Assembly (NCBI GenBank): GCA_043812195.1
Contig: JBDRML010000029.1
Coordinates: 32,001-96,000, forward strand
Reading direction: 5' to 3'
Origin: Candidatus Woesearchaeota archaeon
GTDB taxonomy: Archaea > Nanobdellota > Nanobdellia > SCGC-AAA011-G17 > PNOQ01
Length of the DNA stretch: 64,000 bases
A program made the translations under genes and the position numbers. This document shows, one piece after another, positions 21,042 to 29,324 of the stretch. Positions within the stretch are counted from its first letter, which is position 1. Each line of letters starts with the position of its first letter. The notes beneath the pieces were generated by a model that was given only the letters and a program-made list of their open reading frames with translations, did no database searches and had not been told where the DNA came from.

Positions 21042-22196
21042 ATGGCAAATATATTCGAAAAAAACAAAGAAAATTTACCAAGCGCAATCTTAGATAATAT
21101 AAAGAAAGAAAGCGAAGAACAAAAACTATCCCAATCAGAATTATCAAAATTAATAGATCAATCAATTGAAGAATATAGAGAAGCATTAATTAGCCCCGGA
21201 GAAGCAATTGGAATTATAACAGCAGAAAGCATTGGTGAACCAAGTACCCAAATGGCCCTGGATGTATTCCATCTTGCAGGAGTTGCAGAAGTACAAGTTA
21301 CAAGAGGCCTGCCAAGACTTATAGAAATCTTTGATGCTAGGAAAGAAACAAGCACACCATCCATGACTATAGCAATAAAACCAGAATATACAAAAGACGA
21401 AAAAACAATAAAAAGAGTTGCTTCGCACATAAAAGAAATGACACTAAAAGAAATAACAGAAGAATTCGCAATCAACGCATTAAAGGGATGTATAGAAGTA
21501 ACACTAGACAATTCAAAGATGAAATTATTTGGTTTTACAATTAAACAAGTAGCAGATACACTAAAAGAAAACTTAAAAACATTAAACATAAAAGAAACTA
21601 AAAAAGGTTTGATAATAGAACCCCCATCAGAAAATCAAAATATTATAGAATTATATAAAGTAAAAGTAAAAGTAAAAGATTCAAAAATAAGAGGAATAGA
21701 AGGGATTACACAAGTATTGCCAATTAAAAAATTAGGAAAATATATAATTTTATGTGCTGGTTCAAATTTAAAAGAAGTTCTTAATATGAAAGAAGTAGAT
21801 GCAAAAAATACTACTACAAATAATATTTTCGAAATATCTAAAGTATTAGGTATAGAAGCTGCAAGGCAAGCAATAATAAATGAAGCCGTAGCTGTTCTAG
21901 AACATCAAGGATTAGATATTGATATAAGACATATGATGCTTTTAGCAGACATAATGACACACACAGGAGCAATTAAAGGGGTAACAAGAGGAGGAATTAC
22001 AGGAGAAAAGCAAAGTGTTTTTGCAAGAGCAAGTTTTGAAACTCCAATCGATCAATTTATAAAAGCAAGTATGGAAGGAGAAAGAGACCATCTAAGAAGT
22101 GTTATTGAAAACGTTATTGTCAATCAACCAATCCCATTGGGTACAGGATTACCTGGTTTAGTAACAAAAATGAAAAAGAAAGGCGCAAAAAAATGA
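21042..22196 (+). CDS. rpoA2: RNA polymerase subunit A'' (Rpo1C)
   Basis: PGEAIGIITAESIGEPSTQM, GLPRLIEI, ARASFE. Confidence 0.95.
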   Translation: MANIFEKNKENLPSAILDNIKKESEEQKLSQSELSKLIDQSIEEYREALISPGEAIGIITAESIGEPSTQMALDVFHLAGVAEVQVTRGLPRLIEIFDARKETSTPSMTIAIKPEYTKDEKTIKRVASHIKEMTLKEITEEFAINALKGCIEVTLDNSKMKLFGFTIKQVADTLKENLKTLNIKETKKGLIIEPPSENQNIIELYKVKVKVKDSKIRGIEGITQVLPIKKLGKYIILCAGSNLKEVLNMKEVDAKNTTTNNIFEISKVLGIEAARQAIINEAVAVLEHQGLDIDIRHMMLLADIMTHTGAIKGVTRGGITGEKQSVFARASFETPIDQFIKASMEGERDHLRSVIENVIVNQPIPLGTGLPGLVTKMKKKGAKK

Positions 22197-22447
22197 CAAT
22201 AAAAGAATTAAAAGCAGCAATAAAGGAAAATAAAGTAATCATGGGAACTGAAAGAACAATAAAAGACATTAAAAGGGGAAAGCCAAAAGAAGTCTTCATA
22301 GCAAAAAATTGTCAAGAAGATTTAAAAAAGCAGATCAAACACTATTGCAAGTTATCAAAGATAACATTGACAGAACTAGATGAAACAAATGAAGAACTAG
22401 GAACTTTATGTAAAAAACCTTTTTCTATAAATATGTGCTATTGTTAA
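22193..22447 (+). CDS. rpl30e: 50S ribosomal protein L30e
   Basis: ELGTLCKKPF motif; conserved position after rpoA''. Confidence 0.88.
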   Translation: MTIKELKAAIKENKVIMGTERTIKDIKRGKPKEVFIAKNCQEDLKKQIKHYCKLSKITLTELDETNEELGTLCKKPFSINMCYC

Positions 22448-22448
22448 A

Positions 22449-22859
22449 ATGAAATATGATTTAGAAACAATTCAATTCATAAATCTTTTTGAGAAAAAAA
22501 CTCAGACTAATGTTAAAGATTGCTTTTTTGAAAATGGATTATTAATTTTTATAGTAATGCCAGGTCAAGCAAGCAAAGCAGTTGGAAAACAAGGTATTAA
22601 CGTTAAACAACTAGCAAGTTTAATAAATAAAAAAATAAAAATAGTAGAATTCAATGAAAATCCTATCAGATTCATAAAAAGTTATATAGCTCCAATTACA
22701 GCAGAAGATATAACAGCAGAAAATGATGTAATTTTTATAAAAGCAAGCTCAACTAAAGATAAAGGTATGTTAATTGGTAGAGATGCTAACAGATTAAATC
22801 ATCTTAAAAAAATAACACAAAAATACTATCCAAATGTAAAAGACATCAAGATAGTTTAA
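22449..22859 (+). CDS. nusA: Archaeal NusA (KH domains)
   Basis: AVGKQGINVK and IGRDANRL KH motifs; synteny. Confidence 0.9.
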   Translation: MKYDLETIQFINLFEKKTQTNVKDCFFENGLLIFIVMPGQASKAVGKQGINVKQLASLINKKIKIVEFNENPIRFIKSYIAPITAEDITAENDVIFIKASSTKDKGMLIGRDANRLNHLKKITQKYYPNVKDIKIV

Positions 22860-22929
22860 TTTATAACCAGATATTCAATAAATCAAACAAAAACTTTATA
22901 AACCGCCCTACTTCTCGAAATCATAGAAA

Positions 22930-23367
22930 ATGGCTAAAAAAAGCAAAGGACTAAACGCTGGAAAGAAACTTCTGAAAAGGAGAAAACAATCCAGATGGCA
23001 AGATCAATATTATATTAGAAAAAAATTAGGTCTTAAAAAGAAATCAGATCCTCTTAAAGCTAGTCCTCAAGCTAAAGCAATAGTTTTAGAAAAAGTAGAA
23101 AAAGAAGCTAAACAACCAAATTCAGCACTGAGAAAGTGTGTAAAATGCCAATTAGTTAAAAATGCTAAGAAAGTTACAGCTTTCGTTCCAGGATATAACG
23201 CTATTAAAATGATTGATGAACACGATGAAGTAATTATAGAATGTATCGGTGGATCAAAAGGAAGATCAAAAGGAGATATTCCTTCCATTAGATGGCAAGT
23301 TATAAAAGTTAATGATCAAAGTCTTAATGCTTTAATAAGAGGTAAGATAGAGAAGGGTAGAAGATGA
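22930..23367 (+). CDS. rps12: 30S ribosomal protein S12
   Basis: [15 protein letters not shown] motifs. Confidence 0.96.
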   Translation: MAKKSKGLNAGKKLLKRRKQSRWQDQYYIRKKLGLKKKSDPLKASPQAKAIVLEKVEKEAKQPNSALRKCVKCQLVKNAKKVTAFVPGYNAIKMIDEHDEVIIECIGGSKGRSKGDIPSIRWQVIKVNDQSLNALIRGKIEKGRR

Positions 23368-23963
23368 TAAAATTATTCGACAAATGGGATATTTCAGGTA
23401 TAAAAGTAAAAGAAATAGCTCTAGAACCCTACATAAATCTTACACCAGTTTTAGTTCCAAGAACTGCAGGTAGAGCAGCTCAAGGTCAGAGAATCTGGAT
23501 ACAGAAAAATAACATTGTTGAAAGATTAATAAATAAATTAATGGTTCCAGGTCATAAAGGTAAGAAACATAAAATAAGTTCTGGACATTGCTCAGGAAAA
23601 GCTTCAACAACATATAAAATAGCAAAAGAAGCTTTGGAAATCATAGAAAAAGAAACTAAACAAAACCCAGTAGAAGTTTTCGTAAGAGCTATAGAAAACG
23701 CAGCTCCTAGAGAAGAAGTTGCAAGTATTGAATATGGTGGAGCAAGATATTCAAAAGCAGTTGAAGTAGCTCCTCAAAGAAGAGTAGACATAACTTTAAA
23801 ATTAATGGTTCAAGGTGCATATCAAAAAGCATTTAATTCTAAGAAAAAAATGGCAAGAGCTTTAGCAGAAGAAATTTTAGCTGCATATAAATTAGATCAA
23901 CAGGGTAGTGCTGCATTAGGTAAGAAATTAGAACTTGAAAGACAAGCAGACTCAAGTAGATAA
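23364..23963 (+). CDS. rps7: 30S ribosomal protein S7
   Basis: [34 protein letters not shown]. Confidence 0.96.
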   Translation: MIKLFDKWDISGIKVKEIALEPYINLTPVLVPRTAGRAAQGQRIWIQKNNIVERLINKLMVPGHKGKKHKISSGHCSGKASTTYKIAKEALEIIEKETKQNPVEVFVRAIENAAPREEVASIEYGGARYSKAVEVAPQRRVDITLKLMVQGAYQKAFNSKKKMARALAEEILAAYKLDQQGSAALGKKLELERQADSSR

Positions 23964-23965
23964 AA

Positions 23966-24231
23966 TTAATTTTTTTCTAAGAACTTATCAATATAATACA
24001 TTATTTTTTCTTTCATTTTAGAATTTACTGAGATTTCTTCTCCATAATGTGTTGGTTTACTAAACAATATATTTTCTTTTTTTAATTCTTCAGCCATCGT
24101 TTTAACTCTTTTTCTAATATCTAAAGGAAATCCCTTTGGTAGATTATCTATAGATGTATGTCTATGTTTAAATTTTCCTAAACGAGTTAATTTATGTAAA
24201 ACTTGCCTTTTATTTCTTCATCTGTCCACAT
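23966..24231 (-). pseudogene. Frameshifted small basic protein (possible toxin partner of the adjacent HTH gene)
   Basis: ATG 24231 gives MWTDEEIK; a one-base shift in the A-run continues RQVLHKLTRLGKFKHRHTSIDNLPKGFP...FLEKN to TAA 23966. Confidence 0.6.
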
Positions 24232-24282
24232 AAACAGACTTTGAATAAGTTTTATATACTTTTTTAAACTATAAAGTATACT

Positions 24283-24600
24283 ATGGAAAAATCATTATTG
24301 ATAAAATTCTTAGGAGAAAACCCACTATTTGAAATTATAGATTTTTTAATAGAAAATAAGGGTATGGATGTAACTAAAAAAGATATTATTGAAGGAGCAA
24401 GTATTTCAAGAGCATCTTTATTTAAGTATTGGAATCAAATTGAAGAACAAGAAATAGTAAAGATTACAAGACAATTTGGAAAAACAAAACTTTATACTTT
24501 GAATTCAGGAAACCCAATAGTTAAAAAATTACTTGAGTTGGAAAGTATTTTAATAGAAAAGGCTTTAAATAAGCATAAATTAGTTGAAGTTACAACTTAA
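24283..24600 (+). CDS. Winged-helix HTH protein (ArsR-like, antitoxin/regulator)
   Basis: IIDFL...KKDIIEGASISRASL...TRQFGKTKLYTLN. Confidence 0.75.
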   Translation: MEKSLLIKFLGENPLFEIIDFLIENKGMDVTKKDIIEGASISRASLFKYWNQIEEQEIVKITRQFGKTKLYTLNSGNPIVKKLLELESILIEKALNKHKLVEVTT

Positions 24601-24725
24601 AACAATATAAAAAATTAGAACTTGAAAGACAAGCAGACTCAACCAAGTAAGAATATATCAAAAATTATTTATTACAGAAAATTCTAAACAATAACTTATT
24701 TAAACCAATAGACTAAAATAAATTT

Positions 24726-26120
24726 ATGAATAAAAGAGGAATTTCGCCACTGATTGCGACTGTCCTAATTATTGGTTTCACAATAGTATTAGCAGTTTTA
24801 GTAATTGTATGGTTATCTGGAGTATTTGAAGGAGAACTAGATAAATCACAATGTGGAATTAAAGGACAAGATTTTTGTGCAAGCCTTAGTGGTATCGGCG
24901 GACTATTAGACGTGACAGCAACACAAGCAGGTACTGATGCTGCTGTTGATATAACAGCTGTTTGGGCAGGAGACATAGCAGAAGCTCCAGATCTAAGAAT
25001 ATCTGTAATGGATAACACAGGAAATGTTGTTACAATAGTAAATATCGGTCCAGACACTACTGATGATGCAAATTATAATGCAAATGGAATAGCTACATAC
25101 CAAATACCAACATTCACTGGAACAGCAGAAAATGCAAAAGTAAGAGCATTACATACCCCAGATGTTTCAGGCGTTGTATGTGAAGAAATGATGTGTACAC
25201 CAATCACAGAATCTGTAAAGCAAGGAGAAGTAGTAACTCCACCTCCAGGAGTTCCCCCAACCATAATTCACACAGCAATAACAGAAACAATGGAAGGCAC
25301 AACAGATTTAACAATTACAGCAGAAATTACAGATGATGGAACGGTTTCATCAGCTACACTTTATTATGGAGACAGATCAGGAGATCCAACTTCTCAAATT
25401 CCTATGATTCCTGTAGTAGGAGAAGAAGATGATTGGCAAACACAAACCCCAATACCCTCGGGAGAAGTATCCTATGAATATGGTCTACAATATTATATAT
25501 ACGCTGAAGATGATGAAGAAAATGGAGCCAGAACAGAGGGTACATATCAAGTTAATGTTATGACAGAAGCTCAAATAACACCAATTATAGATAAAGACGT
25601 ATATTGGTATACTGGTAATAATTATGGTATTACTGACGATCCTTTAAGATTGCGTTTTGGATTTAGACTTAGTGGAAGTTTAGACTTCATATATAGATCC
25701 TTCATAGACTTTGATACATCGGGAATCCCAGAAGAAAATGAGATCAATAATATAAAACTTAAGATTTATTCACTTGAATATCATCATTTAGATCAAGGTT
25801 TATTTATCATAAGATTCTCGGACGATACAAAAGGAAATGATTACACTTCAAATCAACTACTTTATGAAGATATTGGTAACGGAGATGATTATTATGTAAA
25901 TAACCCCCCATTTTATTTTCAAAGCACAATGGACTATCCTGAAATAGATTTAGGAGGATCAGCAGTTAATGATATTGATACATTACATCCTTCTTGGTTT
26001 AGTGTTGGTCTATTAGCATATGATGAGAGCACTATTGAAGATAATTACGGGGCTATTGCACCAATGGGGTCAGCATACCCTCCAACTTTAATAGTAAATC
26101 ACTATAAATTATTCTCTTAA
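24726..26120 (+). CDS. Large type IV pilin/archaellin-like protein with extended C-terminal domains
   Basis: Class III signal MNKRG/ISPLIATVLIIGFTIVLAVLV followed by acidic beta-rich domains. Confidence 0.8.
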   Translation: MNKRGISPLIATVLIIGFTIVLAVLVIVWLSGVFEGELDKSQCGIKGQDFCASLSGIGGLLDVTATQAGTDAAVDITAVWAGDIAEAPDLRISVMDNTGNVVTIVNIGPDTTDDANYNANGIATYQIPTFTGTAENAKVRALHTPDVSGVVCEEMMCTPITESVKQGEVVTPPPGVPPTIIHTAITETMEGTTDLTITAEITDDGTVSSATLYYGDRSGDPTSQIPMIPVVGEEDDWQTQTPIPSGEVSYEYGLQYYIYAEDDEENGARTEGTYQVNVMTEAQITPIIDKDVYWYTGNNYGITDDPLRLRFGFRLSGSLDFIYRSFIDFDTSGIPEENEINNIKLKIYSLEYHHLDQGLFIIRFSDDTKGNDYTSNQLLYEDIGNGDDYYVNNPPFYFQSTMDYPEIDLGGSAVNDIDTLHPSWFSVGLLAYDESTIEDNYGAIAPMGSAYPPTLIVNHYKLFS

Positions 26121-26692
26121 ATATATCCATAACCCAAAACTAAAAGTATCACACTAATTCCCAAAGCAACAAAATAAATAGCTTTATTCCATCTCAAAAC
26201 TTTCGCACCATCAAAATTCCATACAGGTATTAAATTAAAAGCAGCTATTAAACTATTAATAAAAAATCCAATTGTAGTAAATATATTAACAAACCCAATT
26301 AAGATAGCACCAAAAAATCCTAAAGCTAAAACAATATTCACAATAGGACCAGCAATACTTATTTTTCCATTTCTTTCAGTATCAACCCAACCTCTAATCA
26401 TCACAGCTCCAGGTGCAGCAAATATAAAACCAAAAAAACTCATAGCAATAGCTAATAATAACATTTTATTAGAAGCCCTAAACTCAGCATAGCAACGATA
26501 TTTTTGAGCAACATATTTATGGGCTATTTCATGCAATAAAAATCCAATTCCCACTGTAAAAGCAGAAACCAAAAGCATAATCAAAAACCCAGAAGACATA
26601 AAATTACCATTACTTAATAAGATACCAAAAGCTAAAGAAATCGCTATCCAAGCTCTAAATAAATGCTTTTTTTCTATATCACTAAATTTCAT
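26117..26692 (-). CDS. Site-2 protease family (M50) membrane metalloprotease
   Basis: HEIAH, AGPIVN, FNLIP..FDG motifs. Confidence 0.88.
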   Translation of the reverse strand: MKFSDIEKKHLFRAWIAISLAFGILLSNGNFMSSGFLIMLLVSAFTVGIGFLLHEIAHKYVAQKYRCYAEFRASNKMLLLAIAMSFFGFIFAAPGAVMIRGWVDTERNGKISIAGPIVNIVLALGFFGAILIGFVNIFTTIGFFINSLIAAFNLIPVWNFDGAKVLRWNKAIYFVALGISVILLVLGYGYI

Positions 26693-26732
26693 ATTTATTC
26701 AAAACTCTGAAGCACTTATAAAACTTATTAAT

Positions 26733-27200
26733 TTAAAAAAATTCTAATACTTTCCCTGAAAAGAGATAATCATCAACAAAACCCATTTGATTTATAATCA
26801 TAGTAGTCATGTTAGATGAATTTACTATATCAATTAATTTTCGCCTGTCATCTTCTCTCGCATTATCAAATCTTATTTTTCTAAAAAACTTGATCATACC
26901 ATGTGCAGAATCACAAAGTTCAATTATTAGATTGGATTCGGGAATGTATCCTTTAATATATTCCAGCAGCTTTCCTGCTTCAATTTCGTTTTTCACAAGC
27001 CTAAATGAACCGTATTCGAGAGGTACCCATTCAGCACCTTCAGCAGCACGATCTACGCTTTCAATTACACGTTGCATAGCTAAATTATATCTCCTTCTTG
27101 AATATTCATGAATTTTATCTTTATTTAATATGCCTTCTCCGACACAACCACCACTACAAAGTCCAAAATATAATTTTAATTCAGCATATCTTTCCAACAT
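26733..27200 (-). CDS. Hypothetical protein
   Basis: 155-aa ORF with upstream TATA-like element. Confidence 0.5.
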   Translation of the reverse strand: MLERYAELKLYFGLCSGGCVGEGILNKDKIHEYSRRRYNLAMQRVIESVDRAAEGAEWVPLEYGSFRLVKNEIEAGKLLEYIKGYIPESNLIIELCDSAHGMIKFFRKIRFDNAREDDRRKLIDIVNSSNMTTMIINQMGFVDDYLFSGKVLEFF

Positions 27201-27365
27201 TTTACAAAAAGCAGTTTAGTTTCATTTATAAAATTTCTTAATATAATTTAAATACTATCTTTTCCTGATATTCTAGTTCTTGTGGGATTTCATATGACAT
27301 TTTAGGGACCTCCACTAGATTTTAAAAAAAGTAAGTTTTAAAAATAAACTAATAAATTGGTTAAT

Positions 27366-28259
27366 ATGCATAAACTTACAAGGGGAAAAAGAATTCTATG
27401 TGTTTGCGCAGTGGGAACAAACAGAAGTAGATATCTCGCTAGTTACTTAAAAAAGAAAGGATATTCAACTAAATTCGGTGGTGTTGATTATAGAGAAGAA
27501 GGATATTATAATCCATTAAAACAAGAGGATGTAGATTGGGCTAACACAATAATTATTACTAGAAAGAGATTGAAACCAATATTTGATAAAAAATTCAAAT
27601 TTAAGAACAAAAGAGTAATTGTTTTGGATGTTACTGATTCAAAGAGGTTGATACCTGAGAAACTTGCTCATTTGAGAGATCTAGATTTTGAAACATTTCA
27701 AAAAAAGTGGACAAGACCCCAATTAAGGAAGGCTATTAAAAAGTACTTGCAAAATACTAAGGGATATTTTATAATTTTAAGAGGTCCACTTGGAATTGGA
27801 AAAACTACAGTGGCAAAAGAGTTAGTAAAGATTTTAAAAGCTGGATATGTTTCAATAGATAAGGTTCTTGAAAAATACAAATTGGATAGGGTTAAAGGTA
27901 GCAAGGGAATACCATTAAAAAATTTTATTAAAGGAGATAAAATAGTTATCCAGAAAGTAAAAAATAAATTAAAAAGGAGTAAGATAATAATAATTGATGG
28001 CTGCTTTTATCATAAAGAGCAAATTAAAAATTTAATTGAAAATCTACCATTCCCTTATTATGTGTTTACTCTCAAAGCGTCCTTAAAAACTTGTATAGAA
28101 AGAGATAGGGAAAGGAAAGAAGCATATGGTATAGATGCAACTAATGCTGTCTATAAGATGGTATCAAAGTTTGACTATGGAGAAGTAATAGATACAGAAA
28201 ATAAAAATGTTAATAAAACCGTAAATAAGATTCTTTCTTATTTGCCTAATGACCTATAA
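27366..28259 (+). CDS. LMW-phosphatase-like domain fused to P-loop (AAA_33-like) kinase
   Basis: CVCAVGTNRS (CX5R) at N-terminus; RGPLGIGKTT Walker A and IIIDG in the C-terminal half. Confidence 0.75.
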   Translation: MHKLTRGKRILCVCAVGTNRSRYLASYLKKKGYSTKFGGVDYREEGYYNPLKQEDVDWANTIIITRKRLKPIFDKKFKFKNKRVIVLDVTDSKRLIPEKLAHLRDLDFETFQKKWTRPQLRKAIKKYLQNTKGYFIILRGPLGIGKTTVAKELVKILKAGYVSIDKVLEKYKLDRVKGSKGIPLKNFIKGDKIVIQKVKNKLKRSKIIIIDGCFYHKEQIKNLIENLPFPYYVFTLKASLKTCIERDRERKEAYGIDATNAVYKMVSKFDYGEVIDTENKNVNKTVNKILSYLPNDL

Positions 28260-28262
28260 AAG

Positions 28263-29195
28263 ATGAAACTTAAAACAAATCAAATCAAAATAATTTGTAA
28301 TAAACTTAAATGTGACTTAATTAGCGGGCGTTTGCTGGCTCGCGGAAGCCATAATGAAAGTTATTTAATTAAAACGAAAAAGAAGAATTACATACTTAAA
28401 GTAGAGAATAATCCAGGTTACGTTAAGAGAGAATACAAGATGCTTGCTGGTTTAAAAGAAGGTCTTGCTCCAAAAGTTTATTTCTTTGATTCTTCTAGGA
28501 AGATAATACCAAAGCCATATCTAATTGAAGAATTTTTAAAAGGAAAAAATCCACCAAAGAAAGCAAATAAAGGTTTTATAATTCAAATGGCGAAATGGTA
28601 TAAAAAGCTTCATTCAATCAAATCCTTAAAAATACCCAATGATGAGAAGAAAAGAATATATTCATTATTCTACTGGTTTGAATCAAATTATAAAAAATTT
28701 GAAAAAAATAAAACCATGTTGGATAAAAAATTAGGCAAAGAAATATCTGATAAATTTAAACGAGCTTTGGAAATTTGTAAACAAAATGATAAAATATTTT
28801 CAAACATAATTAATTTCTCATTAAATCACAATGATCCCTCTAAAGAAAATGTATTTATTAATAAAAAAAAGATTAGACTGATAGATTGGGAATTTTCTGG
28901 ATTTGGAATTCCAGAAAGAGATATTCTCACTTTTTTTAGGCAATATAAACTAAATAAGAATCAGAAGAATCTATTCCTTAAATCCTACAAATATCCAACC
29001 AAGAGCATTAAAAAGCTTAATGTGTTATTCTTAATACTATTAGCTTCAGATATTAATTATCTGATAAACCGCTTAAATTCTGTAAAAGAAGGAAAAATTA
29101 GTTCTAAACAGCAAAACACAAATGAAAGTTCCCTAAATAAAAGGATTTTGGAGATTTTTTGTATGTTTAAGATAGCTTTAAAAGAAATTGATTAG
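28263..29195 (+). CDS. Aminoglycoside phosphotransferase/choline kinase family protein
   Basis: GSHNESY, HNDPSKENV, IDWEFSG motifs. Confidence 0.8.
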   Translation: MKLKTNQIKIICNKLKCDLISGRLLARGSHNESYLIKTKKKNYILKVENNPGYVKREYKMLAGLKEGLAPKVYFFDSSRKIIPKPYLIEEFLKGKNPPKKANKGFIIQMAKWYKKLHSIKSLKIPNDEKKRIYSLFYWFESNYKKFEKNKTMLDKKLGKEISDKFKRALEICKQNDKIFSNIINFSLNHNDPSKENVFINKKKIRLIDWEFSGFGIPERDILTFFRQYKLNKNQKNLFLKSYKYPTKSIKKLNVLFLILLASDINYLINRLNSVKEGKISSKQQNTNESSLNKRILEIFCMFKIALKEID

Positions 29196-29324
29196 TGTTA
29201 TCAATAATCTTCGGAACTATTATCCAATTTTCTTATAATGCAAGTTTCCCCCTTTACATTACGCATTTAAATACAAAAAAATAAGCAAAAACTTTATAAA
29301 CAATTCCAATTCTCAAATTCTGTA

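Larger units (their letters stand above)
23925..24642. repeat. 31-bp perfect direct repeat of the rps7 3' end (23925-23955 and 24612-24642) bracketing a two-gene cassette
   Basis: AAATTAGAACTTGAAAGACAAGCAGACTCAA at both sites. Confidence 0.9.

Noticed and set aside
27272-27320. Imperfect hairpin TCTAGT...ACTAGA in an intergenic gap
   Set aside because: Single weak stem with no second copy noticed.
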